From Vicugna vicugna (Eukaryota): a DNA stretch of 64,000 bases. This document shows positions 37,406-51,457 of the stretch, piece by piece. The stretch spans positions 1,132,057-1,196,056 of the forward strand of contig MU057930.1 of NCBI GenBank assembly GCA_013265495.1. Direction: 5' to 3'. The position numbers and the translations under genes were made by a program. A model generated the notes under the pieces. It searched no databases. It worked only from the letters and a program-made list of their open reading frames with translations, and had not been told where the DNA came from. Within the stretch, counting starts at the first letter, position 1; every line of letters starts with the position of its first letter.

Positions 37406-40098
37406 ACTCCCCAACCAGGTTGTGATTGGCTGTTTCTGCTTCCCCCTCTCATCTGGAGTAACTTCCCTTCCCCTCTTCCTACCCAGACCATTTTCCATCC
37501 CTTTTAGTTTTGTTCTGCCATAAATGCGAAAGACGGATCATCCACCTGTGTTTGCCCCAACTCCTGTTTTTCCTGGTTTAATAACACAGCATGACTCAGG
37601 AGTCTAGAAATTAAAACAGGGGCTAATTTTAAAAAACACAATCAACATTTTTTTTATAGGTGCAGTACAAAAAAAAAAAACAACACAGATTTGCTCACAG
37701 TGGAAGCATTCTGAGATCCTTGCTTTCTCTGTATCATCTCCAAGTGTCATAAACATTGCACGAAACAGTGCCTGAGTTGGTATTTAATGTTCTAGAAGAA
37801 ATTGCTATTCAGAGTTCTCTAAAATGTCCTCATTAGTGGATAATGTGCAAAAAAAAAAACAAAAAAAAAAACCTCTTCAAACCAAAAACGTGTATACTTG
37901 CAACTTTATTGCTGATTAACTATCTTGAGCAATTGTGCAATACAATAAAATTCAATTTAGGCCACTAATAACTCGAGGTGGAATTTAACTGGGAGATAAA
38001 CTAAATCCTCAATTGTTGTTTCTCTGTACAATATGTGAGCTCAAAGACGGTCCTTTTGTAAAAGTTTAAATGCAGTATGACTTTTTTTAAGAGCAGAAAA
38101 ATACAAGCAGCATAAGTTGTTTCTTTTTTTAACAGATACAGAGTTAAGAACTAATCACAAACTGGCTAATTTTCATTCTCCAAATTAAAATATATTCCTG
38201 GAAAGCAGAGACTTCTAATAATTACTCATAAATCTGTTACGATAAGTAATTCTCTATGAAGCCAGCATAATATAGAAAAATACATTATACTCCTAAGTTC
38301 AATTTGTAGCTTTCTTACCTTCATGGTAAAAAAAAAAAAAACGTGTTTTCCAAGTGGTCATGGGATGTTATGTTTAAGCGCATTTTGGGCACAGGTACTG
38401 TGTCAACACAGTGAAGGTTTTCAGGAGTCTGTGGATGTGGAACCAAGATATCTGCATATTTGTTACATTGATCTGTTAGAAATAACATTACAATGTATGC
38501 ACTTGGTCTCATAGATCTGGACTTAATGGGTTACAGATGCCACTGGGCATTAACGCCGTGGATTCTTTAAGCCACCTGTCTCTCATTGGACATCTGTCCA
38601 AATCACTGCTTGGACCTGCAGGGTTAGGAGTAGTTGGACATGGCACCTCGAATGAGGCATTGGTCCCACCGCACTTCCATGTTTTAGGGCAACCTTGGGG
38701 GGCCCCGGCATCCAGGGCATTCTAGAAACAGGTAGAGCCTCAAAGACGGTTTCCCCTGAGCTCTGAATTCACGTTAGTGCACCCTGATGCCAAAGAAGCC
38801 AAGAGGAAGAGGGACAGGCGGGCTGATGCGTCTTTGTGCTAAGCCTGGAAAAGTGTGAAGACAGCTGGGAACAGAAAAGTGGTGACCGGGGACACCTGGA
38901 CAGTATCCGTGCCTTTAAAGTCCACCAGCGCACCCAGAAACAATGCCCTTTGCCTACGTCGGGTTGTCGTGACGAATGATCAGGTCTTGCTGTGTGTGAG
39001 AATCTATCACTATAATCCATTCATGCAACTAGTGGACGGAGAAGGCCATGTGACTGTATTAAGAGACACGGAAGATGCATTTGAAATACGCAGCTCAGTG
39101 TAGAAAGGTAACAAGAGAAAGATACGTAACACGGAACAAAAAACTCACAGAACAAAGGAAGTCTTCTAAAATCAACACCAGAATTGCACTTGAACGCGGA
39201 CGGGTGTATGTTCTATTTCGATTACACCCATCAATTTTGGGGAATGTTCTTGAAAATGCAATCAGGGGGGTAAATGAAAGTGTGTTCTAACTATTGGCCA
39301 AAAGCAGATAAAACGGGACCTCTTTAGCTGACAGCATCAATGTGTACCCGAGAGGCTGTATTAAAAACCTACCAGGAGGAATAAGGCAATTTGGCGAAAC
39401 TGGCAAATTCGAAGTAAAGAAACAAAAATGCTTAGCTCTTCTCCTACACTGGTAATAAGACCCTGGAAAACAGTATGGACATACTCTCTTCAAAATCCAA
39501 TAATTAACATAAAATATCTGAAGTGCATTTAATACCGCAAAAAAGGCACTGGGAAGAAACAGATAAAAAAAATCTCATTAAAGGAAACAAAACAAGATTT
39601 GAGCCAATGCAAGTGCACACAGTCTTCTCAAACGCTTGCAGCCCATCTCCTGCAAATACAAATTCTGCCAAAATTAATACAGGAATCAATTGCAATTTAA
39701 ATCAGAATCCCAGCCAGGTGCCCCGTGTGTCTCACTGGACAAAGTGGTCTTAGAGGCTGTAAGGAAGACACCTTTCCAGGACAGTTAAGAAATACATTTT
39801 TTTAAAAAATGTTAAAAAAAATTCTTTAATTAAAAAACATCACCAGTTTAAAAAAAAAAACATGCTTTATGGTAAGTATCACTGTTGGGAACTAAATTTT
39901 TTTAAAAATGTGACAGAGAAAATCAGCTGCCTTCAGTCTGTTTTGAACCAGCATCGTCCTCTTTCAAAGGAAAATCGAACAAATCCTTCCAAGGCCTGAT
40001 GGCTTCACCATGAACAGGTGTTTCCATAACCCCAGGATGTGCACGTTACAGTGTTAGCTGCACAGGGTCAAAGAAGCGTCATAGTTCACTGTGTGTGT

Positions 40099-40545
40099 TT
40101 TTTTTTTTTAATTGCAGTCGGTTCGCAACGTTGTGTTAATTTCTAGTGTACAACATACTGGTATATATTTCCTTTTCAGCTTCTTTCCCATTACAGGTCA
40201 TTACAAGAAATGGGATACAGTTCCCTGGGCTGCACAGTAGGACCTTGCTGTTTATCTATTTCTTTTTTTTTATACAGTTGTATCTGCAAATCTCAAACTC
40301 CCAATTTATCCCTCCTCACCCCGTTTTCCCCCCGGGAAACCACAAGTTTGTCTTCTATGTCTGTGAGTCTGTTTCTGTTTTGTGAATAAGTTCATTTGTG
40401 TCATTTAAAAAGATTCCACATATGAGCGATCTCATATGCTATTTTTCTTTCTCTTTCTGGCTTATTTCCCTTAGAATGACAATCTCCAGGTCCATCCATG
40501 TTGCTGCAAATGACATTACTTTATTCTTCTTTTATGGCTGAGTAG
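40099..40545 (-). mobile_element. 5'-truncated L1 3' end
   Basis: Poly-T...ctgcaaatctcaaactcccaatttatccc...agattccacatatgagcg...ccaggtccatccatgttgctgcaaatg...tttatggctgagtag. Confidence 0.93.
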
Positions 40546-42040
40546 CAGTTTGCATGTTGTTTAGAAGACGTACAGAGAGGCAGGGAAAGTACAGTATTAG
40601 ATGATGCTACACAAAACAGTGGTAGGCACACAGCTTGGCATAAAACAGGGAACGCATATTTGCTACAAGTTTGCCCACAGACGTTCCAGGGGAGGGTCCC
40701 CCGCGGGACCCCACGCGCGGCCTCTGAAACAGGAGGGGCTGCTTCTGTGTTCTGCTACTGTGTGTGTGTGTGTGCGCATCTGTGTGCACTCTGCATGAAC
40801 ACAGGCATGCACGCACATTGCACACGTGTGTGGAGACCAGTTCCTTCTGTACTTGGCAGAGAGAGAAAAAAAAAAAAAAGCGATGCTCTTTCTGGAGAGA
40901 AGAAATTCTCCCGGTTGCATCGCGCTCCTGGAGAGCCGGGACTCCTTCCCAAATTGCTCCAGCGTGAGCCCGCCGAAGGCACTGCAGCTGCAGCGTTAAC
41001 AGCCTCATCAAGCTGCTTGTCCCTAAATGTGGACAAACGATGGCTCAAAGAATCAGGGGACTAAAGGAAAACGATCATTTGGCTGCTCTTGCTGTGGGTT
41101 TTGTTTTTAAACCTCCTCCCCCGCTTTCCTTGTGTTTCCTTTCATTCACGGGGCAGAAATTTCACTGAACGCTCGTCTGCAGCAAAGTGATGTACTTAAC
41201 ACGGCTCTCTTGAAACGAAACACATGGAAAGGAAACCTGCCCTTCCTGGAGTCATCGCCAGTCTAACGCAGAAGACAGGCATGGCTGTAGTCTGTCTCTG
41301 CACGTTTCAGAAGGTTCCAGAACGGTGAGCTGACCCCCAAAGATGTGCCTTTGTGATGGAAGATGAGGTTGGAGGAGACACGCAGCCTTCCATCGGCTGA
41401 CGGCCTCCCGCTTTGGAGGTGATGTAATTCTCCGCCACGCCGACGAGCCTGCGGCCGCCAGGTGCCTGAGACGCATGACTTATCTGAAGTTCTTAACCGC
41501 TTCCCTCAGAAGCGGGCTCTGCCCGATCAGGCGGAAAGACGCTGATGCAAAGAGACTGACATTCTGACTTTGCTTGGAAGGTCTGGAGAACCAGGACCCG
41601 GGGAAATCCTCCAGGAAGGGTCTCCAACAGAAAGCTCACGGACGGGTCTAGGGAGGATGATGGCCGGGGACACCTGGTGGCAGGAGGGTTACAGCCCACT
41701 CCAGTGCCACCCCGGGATGCCACGCCTTTGGTCAAGGTCGTGAGCTGTTTCCCAAGTGGTTAGCACCTCGGAAAGGTGGACAGTCCCTCCCGCCAAGGAC
41801 CCTGGTAAAGACGCCCGGGTCACTGGTTTGGGTCCGACCTGCCAAAGAGTCTGGAAACTTGAATTTCCTGGGTCGACTGTGAGCAGAGGAGACACACAGA
41901 CAAGAAATATGCCAGACATGGCAAGCACCAGTCCGGGAACCAAAACGATGACTCCTGCAGCGAGGAAAGTTGTGGATGCACTGAGCTACATCCCGAGTGA
42001 TGGACGCCATTCGTCCTGTGAGCAAAAATCTAGTCTCAGA

Positions 42041-42119
42041 CTGAAAAACATGACGCAGTGACCCAGAAATGGATGCAACATTGTAAGCTGACTATACTTC
42101 AATTAAAAAAAAAAAAAAA
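42041..42119 (+). mobile_element. L1 extreme 3' tip with poly-A
   Basis: ccagaaatggatgcaacattgtaagctgactatacttcaatt plus A run. Confidence 0.75.
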
Positions 42120-44064
42120 GGGGAAGAAGTCCGGTGTGAGTTAAGGCTGGCTGTGAGATGCGTTGGTAGGTTGATGCAGGGCTGAAGGAAGGATCTCTGT
42201 GGTTCGTCTGATGATGGTAAAGGAGCTCCAAGGACCTGCCGGTCTAATCACGTTCTTGAAAAAAGAACTCCCCTCATTCCCATGTGTCTTATTTTAGACT
42301 TTCACTTAAACATCACTTATAACATCGGCAACGAAGAACTGGCCTATTATGTGGAAGAAAAATAAATTGATTTTTTTAAAAAATGTAATTACCGGTCCTG
42401 GAGAGCCGGGAATAAAGAAGCACTCTGAACGCCGAGCGATCTGCAGCCGAGCGAATATTTCAAGATGAGAAAGGAATCCACTTCTTTTTTTAAAAGAAAG
42501 CGAAACCTTTCATGCTGAGCAGTGATGCAGTGGGATGTTCAGGAGAACAATGGGAGAGCCACAGATTAGGGGGGAAAGCAAGTAATCACGGGTTCTCGGG
42601 AAAAGCCTCACATCAGAAGCTTCTCATTGGGTGCCACTGAGGGATAAAGGCCCTCCTTATTTCCTCACACGTCTATCCTTTGACAACGTCGGAGGGTCCG
42701 CCTCCCAGACCCAAGGACTCACCAGCAAAATTTCTCAGAACCCAAGACGGGCGATAAATCTCTATCTGTTTAATGCCAATTCATCCAGTTTTTTTTTCCC
42801 CCCTAAATTGTAAGTGCTGGAGGGCAGAAACACACATTTCTGGCACATGGTTTATTCCCGGCACGGTTAGCTGGATACACAGCCCATCACAGCTACGGGA
42901 TTGTCAATGATTCGAGCTGCGGATTCCATCTGCCCGGTAAGAGGGAAATAAAAAACAAACATCTCCCGTACTTTTACTGACGGCAAGCAGCCCCGCGCCC
43001 AGGTGCGTCCTCTTCGGGGTTCAGCTGTCGGTTCACATACAAAGACGCAAGCTGCCCTTCGCAGGCGGACGTCCCTCCGCACAGCTCCCCATCCCGGGTC
43101 CGCAGGGACCGTCCGGACTCCTGCGTGGTGAACCGGGCCGAGTTCTGAGGTCACACACACACCCGCCTCACTCTCCACGACAACCCCGACACCTTCCTGG
43201 GGTCCAGGCTGCCCCCTGCATCTCGCCGGTACGTCTGCACCGTGCAGGTGCCCAACCAGGACCGTCATCTCTGGTCCAACGCAGGCTCTTCTAACAGCCT
43301 CCGAATTGAGGCTGGCGATGCCAACAAATCCAGCCCAATCCCTGGACGTCCCAGCTTTCCTCCCTTTAAGGGCCGGGGTCTTCGACCATCTGAAACGGCG
43401 CTAATTCTGTCTCCATAGACCAGTATGTCGTAAACAGACAACATTAGCCTCCCCTGAGCGAGGTCTGGGGAGTGGGGGGGGGCTCTGAGTTCTCATCGCT
43501 CATCCTCCCTCATCACATCATCCGGGAGGCTGTCCGTCGCCCACAGAACACTTTGCAGCCCCTCGTGTCAAAAGTTCTGTCCTGCGTCAACACTGCCAAG
43601 CAGAAATAGAACAGGACGCCCCTCGGGTTACCTCCTTTCCTGGCGGCCACATTAAACAGGGAGAAGGAACAGGAAACTAACTTTCAAGTATTCGTTACTT
43701 AACGGAACAGACAGTATTCAAAACACCACTTTAATATGTAACCCCTATAATTATTAATGAAATATCTGCTTTTTTTGGCTTATTTTTCATAGTCAGTACT
43801 GAAGAATAGGATTCTCTTAAATCATGCCGGGGGAAAATAAAAAGCATTGTAAACAAATCATATTTCTCCTTCACCAGCAAAATTATGTTTATTGTTACCA
43901 AGTTGTAATGTAATTTTATGTCATAAAACTGTAATTCTAAAGCACTTTTGATTTTCAGATGACGAGCAACATATTTCAGGGAGACTGAAAGCCTGGGGGG
44001 AAAAAGTAACATTTCTTTTCTTTAGCAAAATGATGGATCCCTCCTTAAAACTAGGATACGCGCC

Positions 44065-44852
44065 TTTTTTTTTTTACCATCTTTTTTTTGAGTTATAGTC
44101 AGTTTACAATGCTGTGTCAAATTCCAGTGTAAAGCACTATTTTTCGGTCATACATGAACATATATATATTCGCTGTCACTTTTTTTTTGCTGTGAGCCAC
44201 CACAAGATCCTGTGTATATTTCCTTGTGCTACAGTATAATCTTGTTTATCTATTCTGCATTTTGAAATCCCAGTCTGTCCCCTCCCACCCTCTGCCCCCT
44301 TGGCAACCACAAGTTTGTATTCTATGTCTGTGAATCTGTTTCTGTTTTGTATTTATGCTTTGTTTGGTTGGGTTTTTTCAGATTCCACATGTGAACAATC
44401 TCATATGGTATTTTTCTTTGTCTTTCTGGCCTACCTCACTTAGAATGACATTCTCCAGGGACATCCATGTTGCTGCAAATGGCATTGTCATTTTTATGGC
44501 TGAGTAGTATTCCATTGTATAAATATACCACCTCTTCTTTATCCAGAATCTGTTGATGGACATTTAGGCTGTTTCCATGTCTTGGCTGTTGTAAATAGTG
44601 CTGCTATGCACATTGGGGTGCAGGTGTCTTTTTGAAGTAGGATTCCTTCTGGATATATGCCCAGGAGCGGGATTCCTGGGTCATATGGTAAGTCTATTCC
44701 TAGTCTTTTGAGGAATCTCCATACTGTTCTCCACAGTGGCTGCACCAAACTGCATTCCCACCAGCAGCGTAGGAGGGTTCCCCTTTCTCCACAGCCTCTC
44801 TGGCATTTGTTATGTGTGGCCTTTTGAATGATGGCCATTCTGACTGGTGTGA
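44065..44852 (-). mobile_element. Young 5'-truncated camelid L1
   Basis: ORF 44539-44838(-) [32 protein letters not shown]... is the L1 ORF2 end. Candidate TSD gccttttt at 44062 and 44853. Confidence 0.95.
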
Positions 44853-44948
44853 GCCTTTTTCATTTAACAATTAAGTTGTGAAGTACTGGTCTTCCCACAA
44901 GAATTTGGAGAAATACGGTATATAGAACATTTAAAATTATACTTTTGT

Positions 44949-45132
44949 GGGGGAAGGTATAGCTCAATGGTAGAGAGCATGCTTAGCATGCACGAGGTCC
45001 TGGGTTCAATCCCCAGTGCCTGCATTAAAATAAATAATAAAATAAAATAAAATAAAATAAATAAACCTACCTACCCTCCAAAAAATAATTAAAGTGGTAA
45101 AACAAAACAAACATAAATAAATACATAAAAAT
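44949..45132 (+). mobile_element. tRNA-Ala-derived SINE (vic-1-like)
   Basis: gggggaaggtatagctcaatggtagagagcatgcttagcatgcacgaggtcctgggttcaatccccagtg. TSD core tatacttt (44938-44945/45137-45144). Confidence 0.95.
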
Positions 45133-46239
45133 AAAATATACTTTCCAAATATAAAAGGAAAAGTTCATTATGGACATTCACACAAGTACAGATAAATACA
45201 GAGAATGAAGTTCAAAGAATCCATTAGTCACTCCGTCACGGAACAAGTAACTGTTTTTAAGTCATTGGTCTGTCTTCCTAGACTTCTTTCTATGGCTATA
45301 TAATACTTTTCGAAACTTTTTTTAAAAAGAAATGAAGCCTCACGCTCAAAATCACTGTTTAGAAACTGACAATAAATTAATATATCCAAATGCATGATGC
45401 ATCTTTCAAGAAAATGATTGTATTTTAAGACATCAGAGTAAACAGACACATAGGCGACTCATTCACCGCCACCGTGGGTGGCTTCTGTCTCCCGCCAGTC
45501 CCGTACCCAGCATGCAGGGGGATGTGCAGACATAACGGCTGATGAGTCATTTTTACTTGAGTATCTCTACTAAATTCCATAAACAGAAGAGCAAGTTGAA
45601 TTGTAGATGGTCACTCACAACTCAGCGCCGACATATACATTCGATAGCACCTCAAGTAATCCCAATGAGAACAATTAAAGGACCACCTGGGAAGGAGACT
45701 TCCCAGCCATGTCAGACCCTTCAGCGATACGGGTGACCATTTCACACTAGGAGAACTAAAAAGAGATTCCAAGACGGCCAACTGTAAATGTTCTTTTGGA
45801 CGCTTGTCCTGAAGATGGGGTCTAGGCTCGGGAAGGAACGTAGGGTCAAAGAGACCCTCACGTGGAGGGTACTTCTACCCTGTTCCCTCATGGAGGTCCC
45901 AGCAAGTGGCCGGAAATCCTTGAAAATAAGGCTCTATTCGTGGAAGACAATGCGTACCACCTCTCTGTCTCTGACACCTACATCTCTCGAAGGCAGGATG
46001 CACAGAGTTCAAGCATTTTACATTCAGAGTTCTTGCCTTGGCTAGACCGTGTGAGCAGCGTCTGTGTCCAGCCATTCTCCCTGTCCCCAAATCACCGGTA
46101 TAATCGATACCACAGCCTGATGGCGTGTTATCAAACCTCTTCCATCATTTCCCGCATCCCTGCCTTTCTGTGTTGTAGTCCTTTCAGAGAGGACACATCC
46201 CAAGCCTGTGAAAATGCTGTTTGAGTTTCACGGGTTTCC

Positions 46240-47318
46240 AGTGGATGGAAATACAGCCAACCCCCCACAAAAATACACATGAATTGGCTGGGTTCCACAG
46301 CAGAAGGGAATTAACGCACAGGGTGGGAGATACACCTGGGTTATCAGCGTGGGCTCACTGAAACCATCAAGGTCCCTAAAAGTGGGAGACGGAGATAGAA
46401 GAGACAAAGGTGACCAGTCAATGTTGTTCTTAAAGACGGAGGGTGGGGCCGTGGGCCAAGGAGTGCAGGCAGTCCCGAGATGCTGGACCAGGCAAGAGAA
46501 AATTTCTACTAAAACCCAGAAGAAACACAGCCCCATCAACACCCTGCTGTAGCCCAGTAAGAAGTGCGTCAAAACTTTTTTTCTTTGGTATCATCCCAAA
46601 AGTGGGATCATCCACTTTTATTTTTCTTCTTTAACTGAACTACAGTTGATTTACAAGACTGTGGTAGATTCTAGCCTACAGCACAGAAGTTCAGTTATAT
46701 ATGTACATATCTTTTCAGATTCTTTCCCATTATAGGTTACTATTAGGTATTGAATATAGTTGCCTGTGCTGCACAGTAGGACCTTGTTGTTTATCTATTT
46801 TATATGTAGTGGTTAGTATCTGCTAATCCCAAAATCCTAGTCTGTCCCTCACCTTTCTCCTTTGGCAAGTATAAGTTTGTTCTGTATGCCTGGAAGTGTG
46901 TTTCTTTTGTAAATAAGTTCAGTTGTGTCAATTTTTTAGATTCCACATATGAGTGATATCACATGGTATTTGTCTTTGTGTGACTTACTTCTCTAAGTAT
47001 GATCATCTTCAGGGCCATCCATGTTGCTGCAAATGACATGGTTCCATTCTTTTTCATGGCTGAGTAATATTCCATTTATACATATACAACATCTTCTTTA
47101 TCCAGTCATCTGTCGATGGACATTTAGGTTGCTTTCATGTCTTTGTAAACAGAGCTGCTGTGAACACAGGGTGCAGGTGTCTTTTCAAGTTACAGTTTTC
47201 TCTGGATATATGCCCAGGAGTGGGATTGCATTGTTGAATCAAGCTGTATTCTTGCTTTTTTTTTGGAAGACATCACGTTTGTGGCCATTTGTTACAGCAG
47301 CAATAGAGAACCAATACA
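46240..47318 (+). mobile_element. MLT1 (MaLR) LTR split by an L1; pieces ~46240-46580 and ~47260-47318
   Basis: gggagatacacctgggttatc...gggccaaggagtgcaggcag...gaagaaacacagcccc...tagcccagtaag, and 3' end gtttgtggccatttgttacagcagcaatagagaaccaataca. Confidence 0.75.
46616..47230 (-). mobile_element. 5'-truncated L1 3' end
   Basis: agattccacatatgagtgatatc...atccatgttgctgcaaatg...tccagtcatctgtcgatggacatttaggttg...ggatatatgcccaggagtgggattgc. Confidence 0.93.
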
Positions 47319-49552
47319 CATGAGAGCTTTTTCTGATTCCTGGAGAAGTAATTCCTCTCTCCTTGATTATGACGGAGTCATGTCTTAACCCATCGGACAG
47401 GTGTGTTTTCCACTCCCCTTCCTGTGTCTTCTTAAGAAACAAGTAGACATCCAAGTTTATCACTGTTGGACTCCTCCATGTTAATAAAGATTGTGGATCA
47501 AGGTGCGTTTTCTCATTATCTATGTGGTAAGTAAATAAGTTATACTGAAAACAGACATTTTTTTGGATTGGTAGGGTGTCTGATATTCAAGAGAGAAAAA
47601 CCAAAAACATATTTCATCACACAGAGCAATGCTTTTTAGACAAAATATAATGTGTAGCCCCAACTTAGGGCAGTACAGATTCTATCTTGTCTCTCTGTTC
47701 ATTTGTTCAGCACTAAAATAACTTAATAAATCAGCTAAGTGCAATAAAACGAAATATTTAATGCATTTAAAAATCGGACATGAAATGTTCCTGCCGTGTT
47801 TATTCAGACGATTAATGCCTGCTGAAGTTAAGTACAGAAACTGTCAATCAAACAATTTATTTGGTAATTAAATAATTTTAGCAAATTAAAGGACTGTTTG
47901 AACTTGGAGACTGAGTATGCTGTGCTGTGTCATTAACATTTTAACAATTTTTGTGGGTGTATTTGCCATAAATATAGTAAAAAAAAAAAAAAGTCAAATC
48001 TGGTACCTAACTCCTCCACAAGCAATTTCTTGGAACTTTAAGCAAATACACCAGGTTGAATGTTGAGCGTCATGTTCTTAATGGTGAATTGAGTGTTGTG
48101 GACACGATGACCACTTAGAAGTCTCTCTTGAGAGAAAACAGGGCACTCTTAGCATGAAGGAATCCAGTTTTCAGATCCTAATAATCACCTGGTATCGTTC
48201 AGAGAACTGCCAGGTGCTGGCCAAGAGGAAGTGTCCTGTTATTTCTCACCCTTAATGTCAGACTTCTGATCTTGTGACTCATTTCGGACTCTAGCTCTTC
48301 TATGACTGTGTGGCTTTCAAGGACAGAGGAGCCTGGCTCCCTGCAAACTGTTGAGTTGACATTTGGAGGTTAACTGGATTCAGCTGAAAGCCACCAAACA
48401 CCCCTCGTTGAGTGCAGAGCATCGTCTGTGAGGATTCTAAGGTGGCTGTTAGGCTGTTATGCCTTTTTATTCACACATACCTTAAAATAGGACCTTGTCA
48501 AACGTGGTTAATGGGCGTCACAGCACGAAGTCTGCTACTATGTGATTGGGAAACTAGAGAATATTGAGATCACAAATCAACACCACTCTTCACACGTCGC
48601 ATGCACAGGCAGCTTGGGGAAGCATGCGTGTGTACAAGGTTTCCAAGAGTTTTTCTCCTGGAAACACAGCCCAAGCAGGCTGTGAGCTCTTATGCATCAG
48701 TAAGAACTACATTTCGGAGAAGGATGTGGGTGTGTCTACGGTGGGCAGAGCTGGGTGACTTCACCGGAGGCCACCTGTTAATCCAGAATTAGAAATACCA
48801 AGACGAACAAGAGTGACTTGCCAAAGATAAGGCCATGTGATGTCCTCAAGAGCTGAAGAATTTCTGCCCTGGATGACTAACTTCCATCAAGTTACACCTA
48901 CAGATCTACTGTGTAGCTCGACAGGAAATGGGGCAGGGTGGGGGGCACCTGTTGACTGCAGGAGGCACAGCATGTGTATCCAGGACGGGGGCAAGCGTGT
49001 TCCACTAAAGCCTCGGTCTGACCTCAGAGAGGCACGTGAAATCACATGAAAGAGGAAGGTGGGAGGCCCTGACAGGCTGAGAGAGACTTAAGAGACAGAA
49101 CTGCCCCATGTGGAGCCACATGCATGCCTGGAGTTTGCGGAGGAAATCTGAATATAAATAGTAGGATTTTAGGATATCAAAACAAAATGAGCTTTATATT
49201 CATGAGGTGTGATCATAAAATTGTTGCCATGCAGGAAATTGCCTTTTACTTTTGGAGATGCATGTGCAAGTATTTTACAATGAAATGCTAGGATGTCAGT
49301 ATTTACCTGAGTTGGTGAAGATGATGTATCTATTATACACATCAACACCTTTACAAATTACTATCCTGTGTCTAACCTGGGAGTGACTCTCCCTCCAGTG
49401 AGCATTTCTTCTTGTCTGGAGATGTTTTTCTGCGGGGCGAGGGTCCCATCCTACACACTTCCTGTTGGCAGACGTCAGCAAGGATGCTGAATGTCTACCA
49501 TGTGTAGCAGAGCCCCATGTAGCATGCATTGGCGCTAAATGTTCAAAGTGCA

Positions 49553-49912
49553 CCTACTTACCTACCTACCTACCTGCCTATCTACATATGTATCTATCCA
49601 TCTATCCACCCATCCACCCATCATCCATCCATCCATCCATGTATACATCCATCATCCATCCATCCATCCATCTATCCAGTCTATCGATCCATCTAATCTA
49701 TTTATCCATCCATCCACCCATCCATTCTATCATCTATGTATCTATGTATCTAACTATGTATGTATCTATCTATCCATCCATCTATCCACCCATCCATTCA
49801 ATTTATCTATCTATTCATTCATCTCATCTATTCATCCATCTAATCTATTTATCTATCCATCCATCCACCCATCCATTCTATCATCTATCTATCTATCCAT
49901 GTATCTATCTAA
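49553..49912. repeat. Compound (ACCT/ATCC/ATCT/ATGT)n tract
   Basis: Direct inspection. Confidence 0.95.
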
Positions 49913-50007
49913 TAAGTGATCTACATACATATACACATGAATGTGTATATACAAACTATGGTGGAATGTTAACATTTTCTTAAAATGAAATGACGCTCCT
50001 TCAAGAC

Positions 50008-50210
50008 ATGACTGGATAAAGAAGATGTGGTAATATTTATACAATGGAATACTACTCAGCCAAAAAAATGACAAAATAATGCCATTTGCAGCAACATGGA
50101 TGAACCTGGAGATCATCATTCTAAGTGAAGTAAGTCAGACAGAGAAAAATGCCATATGACATTATTTATATGTGGAATCTAAAAAAAAAACGACAGAAAT
50201 GAACTAATTA
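50008..50210 (+). mobile_element. L1 fragment (ORF2 end/start of 3' UTR)
   Basis: atgactggataaagaagatgtggt...gcagcaacatggatgaacctggag...atgtggaatctaaaa. Confidence 0.9.
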
Positions 50211-51457
50211 TTTATAACTAAGATGATTGATTTCTTAATATGTGCAAACTCATTTGCCCTTGAGGATTGGATTGCCGCATTCTGCTGATTCTCATTTTGG
50301 GGTTGGCTTTATTCCTTTGATAACCATGTACGTTTAAAAAGCTAAAGACCTAAATTGTTCTCCGAAACAATGATCAGTACATCTACGTAAACTAAAAAAA
50401 TGTGTGCAGTACATTGTATATATTTACATGCGATATAATATGGGCAGTCAAATTGTAACAACTTCACCTAATAAAACTGAAAATGAAAAAAGACTTCATT
50501 CAATAAATAATGATGACTGTTAAAACGAAATGATGCCTCTTCTATGTCTTATTGTCTTGAGGTTTATCTAGCTTTTAAAATGTAATAAAACACCCATAGA
50601 AGCTGTATACCGTGATGCTAAGGCATGAACGGAAATAGGGGTAGAAGTAAGTGTTATTTATCTCAGGGAAACTGGAAGATTATTTTGGGTAGCTGCCATG
50701 CTAATCCCATTGAGAGGCACCCAGAAGTCCTGGATCTAAAGGCATCGCCACGTATTAAGCAAGAAACAGCTGCCACCTTTGTTTTTACAAGTCAGAGAAC
50801 AGAAAGAACTTAAGATACAATGTTGCAAAATGACTGTAACTCAATAAAAAAAAAAAGTTAAAAAAAAAAGAAAAGAAAAGAAAGAAATTAAAAGGTATTT
50901 CAATCCAACTGAACCAGAAACAGGACTAGAGTGTTCACCTTGAAGAGAACTTCCGTATCATTTAGCAGGATGAGAAATGACCGGGAGTGGGTAAAGGCAA
51001 CCTCCGCTTCTTTTTACACCTGGGCCCCGTGGAAGATACCCCAAGAGTTTCCGGGCACAGAAAAATACAGGATCCTCAAAAAAAAGTTCTTTTTTTCTTG
51101 CAGGAAAAATGGATCTAAATGTATTCAGAACCCTAACTTAAAGCAGATGAGAACACTCTTCTCTATGACTATAGGGAAAAAAGATCGTCATTCAGAGCAA
51201 TTCGGTGAGGAAAGTTGCTAAGGAGGAAACAGGGTGCCCGCAAGAGGTGGACCCTGAAAGAATGAAGAGAAGCCTCTAAGATTCCCAAGAGTGAAACGGG
51301 AGGCACTCCCCACACATTACTCGAAACTAGGGGTTAAACTTCCAGATGCCCTGTTTATTCGGGTTTTTGAGGACGCTGGGTGGGTAGTGACATTTGCTAA
51401 CGTGTGTATATTCATTTACTTACACCGTTTGGGATGGTAAAGCGACCCGCATAATTT

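Noticed and set aside
38310..38480. Minus-strand acceptor plus strong donor (AAG|GTAAGA) defining a possible exon
   Set aside because: The interval contains a long poly-T run and no recognisable peptide; splice-like motifs are common by chance
40927..42412. Exact 15-mer CCTGGAGAGCCGGGA at ~40927 and ~42398
   Set aside because: About one or two exact 15-mer repeats are expected by chance in 64 kb, and the flanks do not align
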